Source of the DNA: the human T2T-CHM13v2.0 reference genome, Homo sapiens
Reading direction: 5' to 3' (one strand)
Assembly (NCBI RefSeq): GCF_009914755.1
Contig: NC_060926.1
DNA length: 64,000 nt
The position numbers and the translations under genes were made by a program. Positions 1 through 11,274 of this stretch are shown here, in pieces. The notes beneath the pieces were generated by a model. It saw nothing but the letters and a program-made list of their open reading frames with translations. It was not told the DNA's origin and did no database searches. Numbering within the stretch: the first letter of the stretch is position 1; each line of letters opens with the position of its first letter.

Positions 1-1986
1 CGGCCAGCCCTGGGCGCTGGAGACTGGCCCAGCTCTTCAGAGCCTCCATCCGAGCTCCGCTCCTCCTACCTGCGCTCTTGGGTCCTGGACCCCAATACCT
101 GCTCCCTGCACCTGGCCCCTCTTGAGTCAGGGTCTCCCAGATCCTGCACCCCCTCCAGGTCCCTGCCTGAACAAGGGCCCCCATTTCCGCCTCCCTGCAT
201 GGATGCTGTGTCCCCATCTCAGTGAGGGCCCCAGGCTTATTGCACCTGCACTGTGTCCCCACTGGGGTGAGACCCCCACTGAACCTGCACTGTGTGTCCG
301 CCTGGGAGGCCCCTCATGGCCCCTGCACCTGTTCTTTGACCCAGCCTAGGTGAAGCTCCCTCCTGCCTGCACCTGGAGATGTCTTCCCTTGAGTGAGTGC
401 CCCCTGCTCCCTGCTCCTGGCTGTGTCCCCAGCTAGGCCAGGCCCCCTGCACGTGGCTGCGTCCCTGCCTATGGGAAGGTCCTCTCATTCTTGGCTCCCT
501 GCACCTCCACTGTGTCCCCACCTCAGCAGGGACCCCCAAGCTTGTTGACCTGCCTGGGGTCCGGTCTGGGTGAGACCCTCCTCCACCTGCTCTGTGTCCC
601 CTCTGGTCAAGAGTTGGCAGCAGCCCTTGCCCCAGCCCCACATTCCCTGCCCTGTACTGCCCTCACCTGCCCTCAGGAGAACTCAGGACCACGCCTCACA
701 TCAACGTCCCTCCCACCTTCCCGCCCCGAAAGCGCTTTCCAGAGATGAAAACCGAAAGTGCCATCGCCATTCACTTGAATTTCCTGCAGAGGGGCCAGCT
801 ACCCACAGCTGCGTGGAGAAGGCGCTGAGCCTGGGCGTCTGCAGTGGGAGATAGCTGGGCTGGGACCATCCAGAGCTCCGGACCCCGAGGGGATGGGACA
901 TGAGCCCTGTGGGCCCTGCGATGGGCCGTCTGTCACCCTGCAGCATGGATCCTGTCCACTGGGTCTGCACCCAAGCACTGGGACACCAGCCATGGCCATA
1001 CGGGGTACAGCACGTGGGACCTGCTGGATGTCCCCCTCACAGCCCTTTCCTTCTCCCCTAGGACTGACTCCAGCACCCGAGGCCCTTCCCCCAACCTGGC
1101 CCAAAGCTCCCCTTTCTCTGAGACTTAGATTTCCTTTTGTTTTTGGAAACCCAGTTGGGTCCCACCTGGCGTCCCCCTGGCACAGCTGGGGAGACTGAGA
1201 CCAGGAGGGAATGGACCTGCCTGAGGGCACAGAGGAGGCAGCAGCTCGCAAAACAAGGGGCGATTTTGTTTCAGTTTTGACCTTTCCAGTTCTGGGGTTC
1301 AGAATTTCCTCCAGTTAGGGAAGGTGTCTGGTCGCCTCCAAGGAGGAGGGGAGGCCCCAGGCTCTTCGACTCCCACAGGAAGATCGCCTGTCCCCCTCCC
1401 CAACCCGTCCACTGACCTCTCCCCAGAAGGCAGAGAAACCCTGGTTCCAGTAGGGCTGTGGCTGCCTTCGGTTGCCTGTTCCCTGTGCAAGTGCCCTGCC
1501 CTCTCAGAGTAGCAGAGGAACCTTCTGGAAGCCATAGAAGCCTGGCCTCTGCACAGGGAAAAGCCAGGTTTTCCCTTGTGGGATCCTGTGGAGAATGAGC
1601 TCAGACGGATTCCTCATATTCTAATCCGACACCACTGGAGACCTTGACTCCTCCTTCCAGAACGGGAACCCCCTTGTCCAGCGTCACGGATACCGGGCCC
1701 CACAGTCTCCCTGCCTCTGCATTGACCCTCCACGGAGCTCACAGCAGGGAGGGTCTGCGTGGTCCACCTCTACCCCACGCACAGGCAAACCTGAGAAGGA
1801 ACGTTTAATCACCATTCACAGCCCTTGCTTCTTTCTAGAGAAATAAAACAAACTTACACCAGAATATGAAAACAACGTGAAACACACAAAAGTTAAGTGT
1901 GAGCCCGTGCACTGTGACAGGTGTCAGCAGCGTGAGTCTCGCCAGCGTCAGGAGCTGGAACGTCTTCATCATCCCCGAGTCCTCTG

Positions 1987-2178
1987 GTCCTCCCTGCCCT
2001 TCCGCAGCGGGAGGGTCCACTCTTGTGGGTTCCCAGTCCTCCCTGAACTTCCCCAGAGGGAGGGTCCACTCTTGTGGGTTCCTGGTCCTCCCTGAACTTC
2101 CCCAGCAGGAGGGTCCACTCTCGTGGGTTCCCGGTCCTCCCCGCCCTTCCCCAGCGGGAGGGTCCACTCTTGTGGGTT
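1987..2178. repeat. 49-bp VNTR, ~4 copies
   Basis: GAGGGTCCACTC recurs at 2011, 2060, 2109 and 2158. Confidence 0.9.
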
Positions 2179-2514
2179 ATGTGACCCTAGCTTCCCGCTT
2201 TCTGTCCGGAGCCTGCAGAGGAATGGGACCACGAGCTACACGTGGGTTGGACCTGCCTGTTTTGAGAGAGGGCCCTGTCCCTGAGGGTTCATATCCCTTG
2301 AACATGGTTGAGAGTTTTGTTCCTTTTCATTGCTGACTTGAAGCCATGTCATGAAGAGCCACAGCTTGGCCGTTTTTCTGATGATGCCCATGTGGGTGGA
2401 TTTTAGTTCTTACTACTATGAATAAAGCTGCTGTTAGCATTTTGGTCTATTCTTTCTGTAAACGCAGACTTTTATGTCTTTTGGGTAAATTCCTAAAATG
2501 CCCCGGGTGAGCTA

Positions 2515-2697
2515 TGTCCACTGAACAAATCCCACATCTATAAATTTGGAAAGAAGACTTTATTTCCTATAAAGGGGTAGGGCCTTCAGGGTGGCCGTCC
2601 TGACACCCTGGGCACCTCAGCCTCTGGCAGAGCCCAGGCCGGGCACCTGGAAGGAGGGGGTTGGGGCAGGAGCTTCATGCTGAGCAGGTCGGCTAAG
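2515..2697 (-). mobile_element. Truncated 3' fragment of ERV1-class LTR (copy of 5875-6057)
   Basis: Mirror of the 3' end of the LTR at 5146-6057, cut at the duplication breakpoint. Confidence 0.75.
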
Positions 2698-4278
2698 CAT
2701 TCCCAGCCTTGCCTGGGCCTGGTCCTCTGGGGCGATGGGGAAGAATGGTGTTCCAGGACGGGGTGGGGGGCACCTGCCCAAGGCCTTCTGCAGGTGACCT
2801 GCTGGGCCTGGCCTTGAAGGAACCCCAAGTACACTCACCTGTACCCCTCACAGCCACCTCAAAATGGGCCCGCGATGTCTCAGCTCAGGACTTCCTGGGA
2901 GGCGACCTCACCCAAGGCTCCCCAAGGTTCCAGTCCTCAATGTCAGGGAGGGGCAGAAGAGACCAGCGGCTTCTCATCCAGGCCCCACAGTGCTGTGCTG
3001 AGCCCCATATGCCCCCCGCTCAGGCGGGTCCAGCACTCCCTGTGGCTCTCGGGGGAGACGAGCTGAAATGGAGTGGGGTCCTTGCTCAGCTCACAGCACC
3101 CTCTCCTCAGCCTCACCCCATTGGAAGGTGGCCCCTGAACCCTCTGCCTACCCGTCCTGTGCACTCCTCTGGGTTAGCTCTGAGAAGGCTGGGAAGGCCC
3201 TCGACCCACCTTGAGCCAGGTGTGGGAACAGAGTGGTCAGTCTGGGCCCTGGAACAAAGATCAAAGCCAGGGTGAGGCTGGTCCAGAGACGTCCCCAGGC
3301 CCTTCCAGGGTCAGCTTCCTTCACCCACAGGCTCCTGGTTCCCCTGGAGGGACCAAGCAAAGCCAACATAGCAGGGAGCCTGCACTCTGCCAAGCCTAGG
3401 GGTGCCCTGGCTTCTCCCCTTGCCTGTGTGTGTGGGTGTCTGAGGATCCCAGGGCGGAGATGGGGAGGGACGCGGTGTGGGAGGCCCAGTATTGGGCAGC
3501 ACCGTTGGAGGGGACTGAGCTCGTCGGGGGGTGACCAGCCCTCAAGGCTTTGGCTGGCTGAGGGGTGAAGGGCCTGTGCCTTGTGCTCCAAGCCTTTCCC
3601 GCCTGGACAAAGAGACCCCTGGGCCCGCAACAGCTTCCACAGGAGCCTGGCCCTGCCCCTCCTCGGGTGGCCTGTGGCCACAGGGACCCTTCTCCCACCC
3701 TTTTCCCAGGCTCCCTGTGTCCTCACAGCCAGCCCCCACATCTGCAGAGCCCTTCTCTGAAATGCCAGACAGGAAGACACACCACTGAACCTGGAAGCCC
3801 CAGCTGGCAGAAAGGGGGTTGGGCACCTCAGGCAGGCCTCACCTGCATGCCCACGCCATGCTGCCCACGGCAGGGCCAGGCCACTCCAGGCCCCTCTGTC
3901 CTGCAGGCGAAAAGCCAGGAGTGGAGCTGCACCAGGGTTGGGTCCTGAGCAAGGTGAGGCCCCAGCCCCATCCCCACTCCCCCCAGGGCAGGCCTAGGGT
4001 GCGGTCCTGAGGGCGCCTGGGGCTGGCCTGCCCGTGTGCAACCCCCACCCACAGAAAGGGCTGGAAAGAAGTCCCACCTGTAGACGGAGGCCAGAGGAGG
4101 GGACAGCCTTGTCCTTGCTCCCCACCCTGCCTGTCTGCACGGGAGCCCACGGTGGGGCCCAGGAGGCACCTCCCTCAGGCCGGCTGTCCCTCCCCACCTG
4201 GGGCCCATCAGCTGGGGGTACTGCCAGGTGCTGGAACAGGGCCTGGGGCCTGCTACAACCAAACCTCTAGGCCCCCAT

Positions 4279-4640
4279 ATGTGAGTCAGGGTTCTCCAGA
4301 GAAACAGAGCTGCTGGGCGATACGTTTAGGAGGAGATTTATTACAGGAATCGGCTCCTTGATCACGGAGGCTGAGAAGTCCCACAAACCGCTGTCCCTAA
4401 GCCAGTGAACCCGAACAGCCGGTGGCGTCATTCAGTCCAAGCCCAAACCGCTGGTGTCAGTCCCAGAGCGCGAGGCCTGGGACCCAGAAACTCCTGTGTC
4501 TGCGGGCAGGAGGAGATGGACGCCCCAGCCCAAGAAGACAGAGGAACCTCCGGAGTCTGGGTCTGCAATGGGCTGGGTGCTACCCACCCTCATAGCTGAG
4601 GCCAGATCTGCCTTCCTCAGCTCACTGACAAATTACCATC
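4279..4640 (-). mobile_element. MLT2-family (ERVL) LTR
   Basis: GTCAGGGTTCTCCAGAGAAACAGA...GGAGGCTGAGAAGTCCCAC...TTCAGTCC matches the recalled MLT2 consensus. Confidence 0.7.
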
Positions 4641-5145
4641 TCTTGTGTGACCTGAGAGTGCACAAACACTTCCTGGCAGGGAGGAAAAAGCAGTGACAAG
4701 CACATTTAAAAATAATCAATTTGGCTTTATCCGAAGGAAAATGCTCTAGTTATCAAAAGACACTACAAAGAAAATGACCAGGAAGTCTGGGGAGATACTG
4801 CAAAACAAATCCCACACAAAAATCTTGTATCCAGAATATAGAAAGAATGATCATAAATCAATAAAAAGATACACAGCCCCACTTTAAAAATGAACAGAAG
4901 AGATTGGAATGGACAGACAGTTCATGACTGATGGTTTCACACTTTTTGTCATGAGGGAAATGCAAGTTTAAGCCACGAACAGATAGAACCACACAATCAG
5001 CAGAAGAGGTAGTTGTGAAATCTCGACACCACCGACTTTTAAAGACACCAAAACTGTCACACACGACTGGTGAGAGTTAAGATACTACAGCCACTTCGGG
5101 AAAGGTTTGGATAGTCCCTTATAACGTTTTCACTCACCTGCCATG

Positions 5146-6057
5146 TGAGAACTAAAAATGAAATCCTGAGCTCCCGCACCAACAAGCTGAATGGACCCTT
5201 CTTGGCCAAGGGGATTCCAGAGAAATCTGAAAAACATGACAAAAATCCCGCCATGACAGAGTGGGAGGTGGGACCCGCCGCGTGACAGCCCCTCCGTCTG
5301 TGGTTGGGACACCACACTCACCAGCATGAAGGTGAACATAAAGAGGAGACTGACAAAACAGGTTCCTTGTGGTGATAAGACAGCAAATGATCAACAAGAC
5401 CTGAGGCCCTGCCTGGCAGGGGTGGAGTCACGCACAAGACACTGAAAAGCAGAAACCAGGGGCTGCCGGCCAGGAGGGTTCTTTTTCTCTAGCAGCTAAA
5501 CCAGCGCTGGCCACTAGGAAAGCCACACTCACTCAGGTGCAGCTCACCCCCTCCAGATGCTGACACACAGCCCCACTCTTCTGTGCCACCAGCCCTAAGT
5601 TTGATTGGCCAAGAGGCTGATTTCTGTAATTCTGACTGGGGACCACCCAGCAGGGACTGGTTCTGGCTGGTTTTCAGGGGCCGTGCAACGAGTGCCTTGG
5701 TGTTGCTGCTTCACCTTTCCAGGCAAGGGCCTCACAGGAACACATTTAGATATCACGTGTCCACCCCCAAGGAAACTTGAGACGCATGTCACATGCATGT
5801 TTGTTCAGTATGCATGAGTGAGGACCCCTTCCTGAATGTTCACGGCTCCTCCAGCAACCCATGGAGTGTGTGTCCTTAGCCGACCTGTTCAGCATGAAGC
5901 TCCTGCCCCAACCCCCTCCTTCCAGGTGCCCGGCCTGGGCTCTGCCAGAGGCTGAGGTGCCCAGGGTGTCAGGACGGCCACCCTGAAGGCCCTACCCCTT
6001 TATAGGAAATAAAGTCTTCTTTCCAAATTTATAGATGTGGGATTTGTTCAGTGGACA
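5146..6057 (+). mobile_element. Solo ERV1-class LTR (MER39/MER34-like)
   Basis: Starts TGAGAACTAAAAATGAAAT...CTTGGCCAAGGGG, has AATAAA at 6008 and ends CA. Same family as 22345-23322; no clear TSD. Confidence 0.7.
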
Positions 6058-8571
6058 TAGCTCACCCGGGGCATTTTAGGAATTTACCCAAAAGACATAA
6101 AAGTCTGCGTTTACAGAAAGAATAGACCAAAATGCTAACAGCAGCTTTATTCATAGTAGTAAGAACTAAAATCCACCCACATGGGCATCATCAGAAAAAC
6201 GGCCAAGCTGTGGCTCTTCATGACATGGCTTCAAGTCAGCAATGAAAAGGAACAAAACTCTCAACCATGTTCAAGGGATATGAACCCTCAGGGACAGGGC
6301 CCTCTCTCAAAACAGGCAGGTCCAACCCACGTGTAGCTCGTGGTCCCATTCCTCTGCAGGCTCCGGACAGAAAGCGGGAAGCTAGGGTCACATAACCCAC
6401 AAGAGTGGACCCTCCCGCTGGGGAAGGGCGGGGAGGACCGGGAACCCACGAGAGTGGACCCTCCTGCTGGGGAAGTTCAGGGAGGACCAGGAACCCACAA
6501 GAGTGGACCCTCCCTCTGGGGAAGTTCAGGGAGGACTGGGAACCCACAAGAGTGGACCCTCCCGCTGCGGAAGGGCAGGGAGGACCAGAGGACTCGGGGA
6601 TGATGAAGACGTTCCAGCTCCTGACGCTGGCGAGACTCACGCTGCTGACACCTGTCACAGTGCACGGGCTCACACTTAACTTTTGTGTGTTTCACGTTGT
6701 TTTCATATTCTGGTGTAAGTTTGTTTTATTTCTCTAGAAAGAAGCAAGGGCTGTGAATGGTGATTAAACGTTCCTTCTCAGGTTTGCCTGTGCGTGGGGT
6801 AGAGGTGGACCACGCAGACCCTCCCTGCTGTGAGCTCCGTGGAGGGTCAATGCAGAGGCAGGGAGACTGTGGGGCCCGGTATCCGTGACGCTGGACAAGG
6901 GGGTTCCCGTTCTGGAAGGAGGAGTCAAGGTCTCCAGTGGTGTCGGATTAGAATATGAGGAATCCGTCTGAGCTCATTCTCCACAGGATCCCACAAGGGA
7001 AAACCTGGCTTTTCCCTGTGCAGAGGCCAGGCTTCTATGGCTTCCAGAAGGTTCCTCTGCTACTCTGAGAGGGCAGGGCACTTGCACAGGGAACAGGCAA
7101 CCGAAGGCAGCCACAGCCCTACTGGAACCAGGGTTTCTCTGCCTTCTGGGGAGAGGTCAGTGGACGGGTTGGGGAGGGGGACAGGCGATCTTCCTGTGGG
7201 AGTCGAAGAGCCTGGGGCCTCCCCTCCTCCTTGGAGGCGACCAGACACCTTCCCTAACTGGAGGAAATTCTGAACCCCAGAACTGGAAAGGTCAAAACTG
7301 AAACAAAATCGCCCCTTGTTTTGCGAGCTGCTGCCTCCTCTGTGCCCTCAGGCAGGTCCATTCCCTCCTGGTCTCAGTCTCCCCAGCTGTGCCAGGGGGA
7401 CGCCAGGTGGGACCCAACTGGGTTTCCAAAAACAAAAGGAAATCTAAGTCTCAGAGAAAGGGGAGCTTTGGGCCAGGTTGGGGGAAGGGCCTCGGGTGCT
7501 GGAGTCAGTCCTAGGGGAGAAGGAAAGGGCTGTGAGGGGGACATCCAGCAGGTCCCACGTGCTGTACCCCGTATGGCCATGGCTGGTGTCCCAGTGCTTG
7601 GGTGCAGACCCAGTGGACAGGATCCATGCTGCAGGGTGACAGACGGCCCATCGCAGGGCCCACAGGGCTCATGTCCCATCCCCTCGGGGTCCGGAGCTCT
7701 GGATGGTCCCAGCCCAGCTATCTCCCACTGCAGACGCCCAGGCTCAGCGCCTTCTCCACGCAGCTGTGGGTAGCTGGCCCCTCTGCAGGAAATTCAAGTG
7801 AATGGCGATGGCACTTTCGGTTTTCATCTCTGGAAAGCGCTTTCGGGGCGGGAAGGTGGGAGGGACGTTGATGTGAGGCGTGGTCCTGAGTTCTCCTGAG
7901 GGCAGGTGAGGGCAGTACAGGGCAGGGAATGTGGGGCTGGGGCAAGGGCTGCTGCCAACTCTTGACCAGAGGGGACACAGAGCAGGTGGAGGAGGGTCTC
8001 ACCCAGACCGGACCCCAGGCAGGTCAACAAGCTTGGGGGTCCCTGCTGAGGTGGGGACACAGTGGAGGTGCAGGGAGCCAAGAATGAGAGGACCTTCCCA
8101 TAGGCAGGGACGCAGCCACGTGCAGGGGGCCTGGCCTAGCTGGGGACACAGCCAGGAGCAGGGAGCAGGGGGCACTCACTCAAGGGAAGACATCTCCAGG
8201 TGCAGGCAGGAGGGAGCTTCACCTAGGCTGGGTCAAAGAACAGGTGCAGGGGCCATGAGGGGCCTCCCAGGCGGACACACAGTGCAGGTTCAGTGGGGGT
8301 CTCACCCCAGTGGGGACACAGTGCAGGTGCAATAAGCCTGGGGCCCTCACTGAGATGGGGACACAGCATCCATGCAGGGAGGCGGAAATGGGGGCCCTTG
8401 TTCAGGCAGGGACCTGGAGGGGGTGCAGGATCTGGGAGACCCTGACTCAAGAGGGGCCAGGTGCAGGGAGCAGGTATTGGGGTCCAGGACCCAAGAGCGC
8501 AGGTAGGAGGAGCGGAGCTCGGATGGAGGCTCTGAAGAGCTGGGCCAGTCTCCAGCGCCCAGGGCTGGCCG
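5875..8571 (+). repeat. Right arm of inverted segmental duplication (upstream of AQP12A)
   Basis: Reverse complement of 1-2697; its true right end cannot be seen because the partner lies outside the window. Confidence 0.97.
6394..6585. repeat. 49-bp VNTR, mirror copy
   Basis: GAGTGGACCCTC x4; reverse complement of 1987-2178. Confidence 0.9.
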
Positions 8572-8674
8572 AGCGTGGCCAGTGGATCCGGGTGTGTCAC
8601 ATGACGGGATGATGCCAGGCTGTGGGGCAGGGCCCCTGTGGCCATCCTGGCTGTGCACCTGGGTGGCAGCCAGT

Positions 8675-8760
8675 GGGGCGGGAGCTGGGGCTGCAGCTGT
8701 GGTGTTCCCAGAGGCCCAGGTGCCCTCTCCCACACGCCTGGGCCCTCTGGGTTGTGGGAA
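8675..8760 (+). promoter_or_regulatory. AQP12A proximal promoter: GC box, PTF1-type E-box/TC-box, RBPJ core
   Basis: GGGGCGGGA at 8675; CAGCTG-N5-TTCCCA at 8694-8710; CAGGTG...TCTCCCAC from 8718; GTGGGAA at 8754-8760; all 65-150 bp before the ATG. Confidence 0.6.
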
Positions 8761-8826
8761 CCGGCCAGCTCCTGCTCTGTCCCCTCAGGTGTCCTGCAGG
8801 CACAGCATCTCGGGGGGCCCAGGCCG

Positions 8827-9433
8827 ATGGCAGGTCTTAACGTGTCCCTCTCCTTCTTCTTTGCCACCTTCGCCCTCTGTGAGGCAGCCAGGCAGGCCTC
8901 CAAGGCCCTGCTCCCAGTGGGCGCCTATGAAGTCTTCGCCCGGGAGGCGGTGGGCGCGGTGCAGCTCGGGGCCTGCTTCCTGGAGATGAGGACGCTGGTC
9001 GAGCTCGGGCCCTGGGCTGGGGACTTTGGGCCTGACCTGCTGCTCACCCTGCTCTTCCTGCTCTTCCTGGCGCACGGGGTCACCTTGGACGGGGCCTCGG
9101 CCAACCCCACCGTGTCCCTGCAGGAGTTCCTCATGGCCGAGGAGTCTCTGCCTGGCACGCTGCTGAAGCTGGCGGCACAGGGGCTGGGCATGCAGGCCGC
9201 CTGCACCCTGACGCGCCTCTGCTGGGCCTGGGAGCTCAGTGACCTGCACCTGCTGCAGAGCCTCATGGCCCAGAGCTGCAGCTCGGCCCTGCGCACATCC
9301 GTGCCCCACGGGGCGCTTGTGGAGGCCGCCTGCGCCTTTTGTTTCCATCTGACCCTCCTGCACCTGCGGCACAGTCCTCCCGCCTACAGCGGGCCCGCTG
9401 TGGCTCTGTTGGTCACCGTCACGGCCTACACGG
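8827..9433 (+). CDS. AQP12A: Aquaporin-12 exon 1
   Basis: MAGLNVSLSFFFATF...ANPTVS...VTAYT; variant first NPA box (NPT); donor G|GTGAG. Called A rather than B by position (+ strand copy next to KIF1A). Confidence 0.93.
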
Positions 9434-10697
9434 GTGAGCACTGCTTCCCCTTCCCCTGGGCCCCTGAGGACCTCTCACCTGTGTGGCCTCCATGCACACT
9501 CAGGCCCGTTTGCACCCAGGATAGGGGGCTGCTGGCCCGGGTGGCCAACAAACCCACAAGAAGAGGCGGTGATTTCCTGGGATCTGGCGGGTAGACGAGG
9601 GCCTGCGCTGGACATGGGGTGCGGTGGAGCAGCCTGTCCCCTGCCAGGGCCATCCTGCCCACTGCACCTCTCCCCAGTCGCAGCTATTCTTGGTCCTCCC
9701 AGAAGTTCTGCCTCTGGGGTAGTAGGGACAGCCGAGGCAGACGATTCAAGGCCCAGCCCAGTTTCCTGGTCTGGTGTGGGAGTCCCTGCACCCTCTATCA
9801 CCCCTTCCAGAGCGACAGGTCCTGTCTCACCTGCCCCAGTTGGCCTCCCTGGCCTCCTACTGACACCTGCATCCTGCAATCTCTGCCTGCACCTGGGCCG
9901 ACCGTGGCACCCAGCTCTCATGGTCCCATCACCCCCTTGTGAGCTCCCTCCACTCAGACCCTCCGTCTGATCCAGTCCCCCATGTCTGCTTTCCCCTCCG
10001 AGCGCTAGGCTCCACCACCACGAAAGCCTTTGCTCAGCAAGTTCCCAGGACAGGTGTCCACAGCGCTGGGGCTGCAGGGAGAGCCAGGGGAGCCGGCTCG
10101 TGCTCCAGGCACCACAGGAAGGGCTGCAGGGAGAATGGTGCCAGGTCTCCTTCCGGGGGTCCGAGGTCCTAATCAGGACAGGACCAGCACTTAGGTCCAT
10201 GGCACTGCCCACGACCCAGCACTGGGCAGACACCACGGAATCTGGACCACAAAGGCCACAGGAAGGTGCCACCAGAGCCCTGTACAGATGGGGAAACTGA
10301 GGCACGGGTGAGCGGGAGCTCTGCAGGGACACGGCTCTGTGGCAGATTGCCCGGGCCTCTGTCCTGGGTGGCACCGGAGAGCTCCCGTCAAGGGTCCTGC
10401 CTCCACGAGGCACAGGGCGCCTGGTCTCAGGGACGGAGCTGCCCATCCTCAGGGTCCTGGTTTACACCTGGGCGGCCGCAGACTCCATGTCCCTGTGGTC
10501 CCTGCCCTCCGCTAGGCCCACTCCCTGCTCTTCCGTGCCCAGAGGCAGGTCCCCGGTATTGGTGGATTCTGTTATTTGGGGTGGTCACCCAGGCCTGGGG
10601 CTGCAGGACAGCGGCCCGGCTGCCGCCGCCTTCCCTTGTCTCACATCGCACAGCCATGTCGTCTTCTCTCCTCTGCTGCTGCTCGTTTATTTCTGAG

Positions 10698-10830
10698 ATC
10701 TCTCTCTGTCTCTCCTCTCTCTCTCTGTCTCTCCTCTCTCTCTGTCTCCCTGTCTCTCTCTGTGTCTTTTTGTCTCTCTCTCACTATCTGTCTCTCTTAG
10801 TCTCTCTCTCCATCTCTCTCTGTCCGTCTT
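10698..10830. repeat. (CT)n-rich microsatellite in AQP12A intron 1
   Basis: Imperfect TC/TCTG run. Confidence 0.9.
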
Positions 10831-11157
10831 TCTCGAAGGCCACATCCCACAGGGTGGGGTGCTGGAGGGCAGCATGGGCGGGGCACGGGATCCCGGTGAG
10901 ATGTCGCGAGGGTGTTGGACGGCCCTGGGGGGCCCCCAAGCTGCTGCCCCTGACCCAGACCTTGGCTGACCCGGCCTTGCTGCATCGTGTGTCCATCGGT
11001 GCGGGGGACCAGGCGGGGCTTCAGGAGCCGAGAGCAGCTCCCAGGCCTGCACACAGTGGGGCTCTCGGTGTGGATTCGGTGGCGGGGATCAGGTCCTGGC
11101 CTGCAGAGGGGCGTCAGGCAGGGCTGGGGACCAGGGCTGTCTGTGCTCTGCCCACAG

Positions 11158-11274
11158 CCGGGCCCTTCACGTCTGCCTTCTTCAACCCTGCCCTGGCCGC
11201 CTCTGTGACCTTTGCCTGCTCGGGACACACCTTACTGGAGTACGTGCAGGTGTACTGGCTGGGCCCTCTGACAG
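11158..11274 (+). CDS. AQP12A: Aquaporin-12 exon 2
   Basis: cacag|..AGPFTSAFFNPALAASVTFACSG..GPLT|gtaagg; second NPA followed by the superaquaporin Cys; 117 nt, phase consistent. Confidence 0.95.

Larger units (their letters stand above)
1..2697 (-). repeat. Left arm of inverted segmental duplication (AQP12B side, continues left of window)
   Basis: Position i pairs with 8572-i. Mirrored ORFs translate identically (237..641- = 7931..8335+; 1899..2336+ = 6236..6673-). One mismatch seen at 2684/5888; homology stops after GGCTAAG at 2697. Confidence 0.97.
4700..6735 (+). mobile_element. Old L1M 3' fragment interrupted by an LTR and the VNTR
   Basis: L1 3'-end motifs (GGGAAATGCAAGTT, TACAGCCACTT, TAGGAATTTACCCAA, GCAGCTTTATTCATA) continue across the LTR. 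Confidence 0.6.

Noticed and set aside
1987-2178. Repeat array as possible CRISPR (also 45710-45870)
   Set aside because: Eukaryotic context, no unique spacers and no cas genes; these are ordinary minisatellites.
2698-5874. Possible lncRNA or gene in the palindrome spacer
   Set aside because: Scattered splice-like sites but no exon chain I can support from sequence alone.
8638-8826. 63-codon in-frame N-terminal extension of AQP12 in the ORF track
   Set aside because: It starts at GTG, overlaps the promoter motifs, and the known protein begins MAGLNV.
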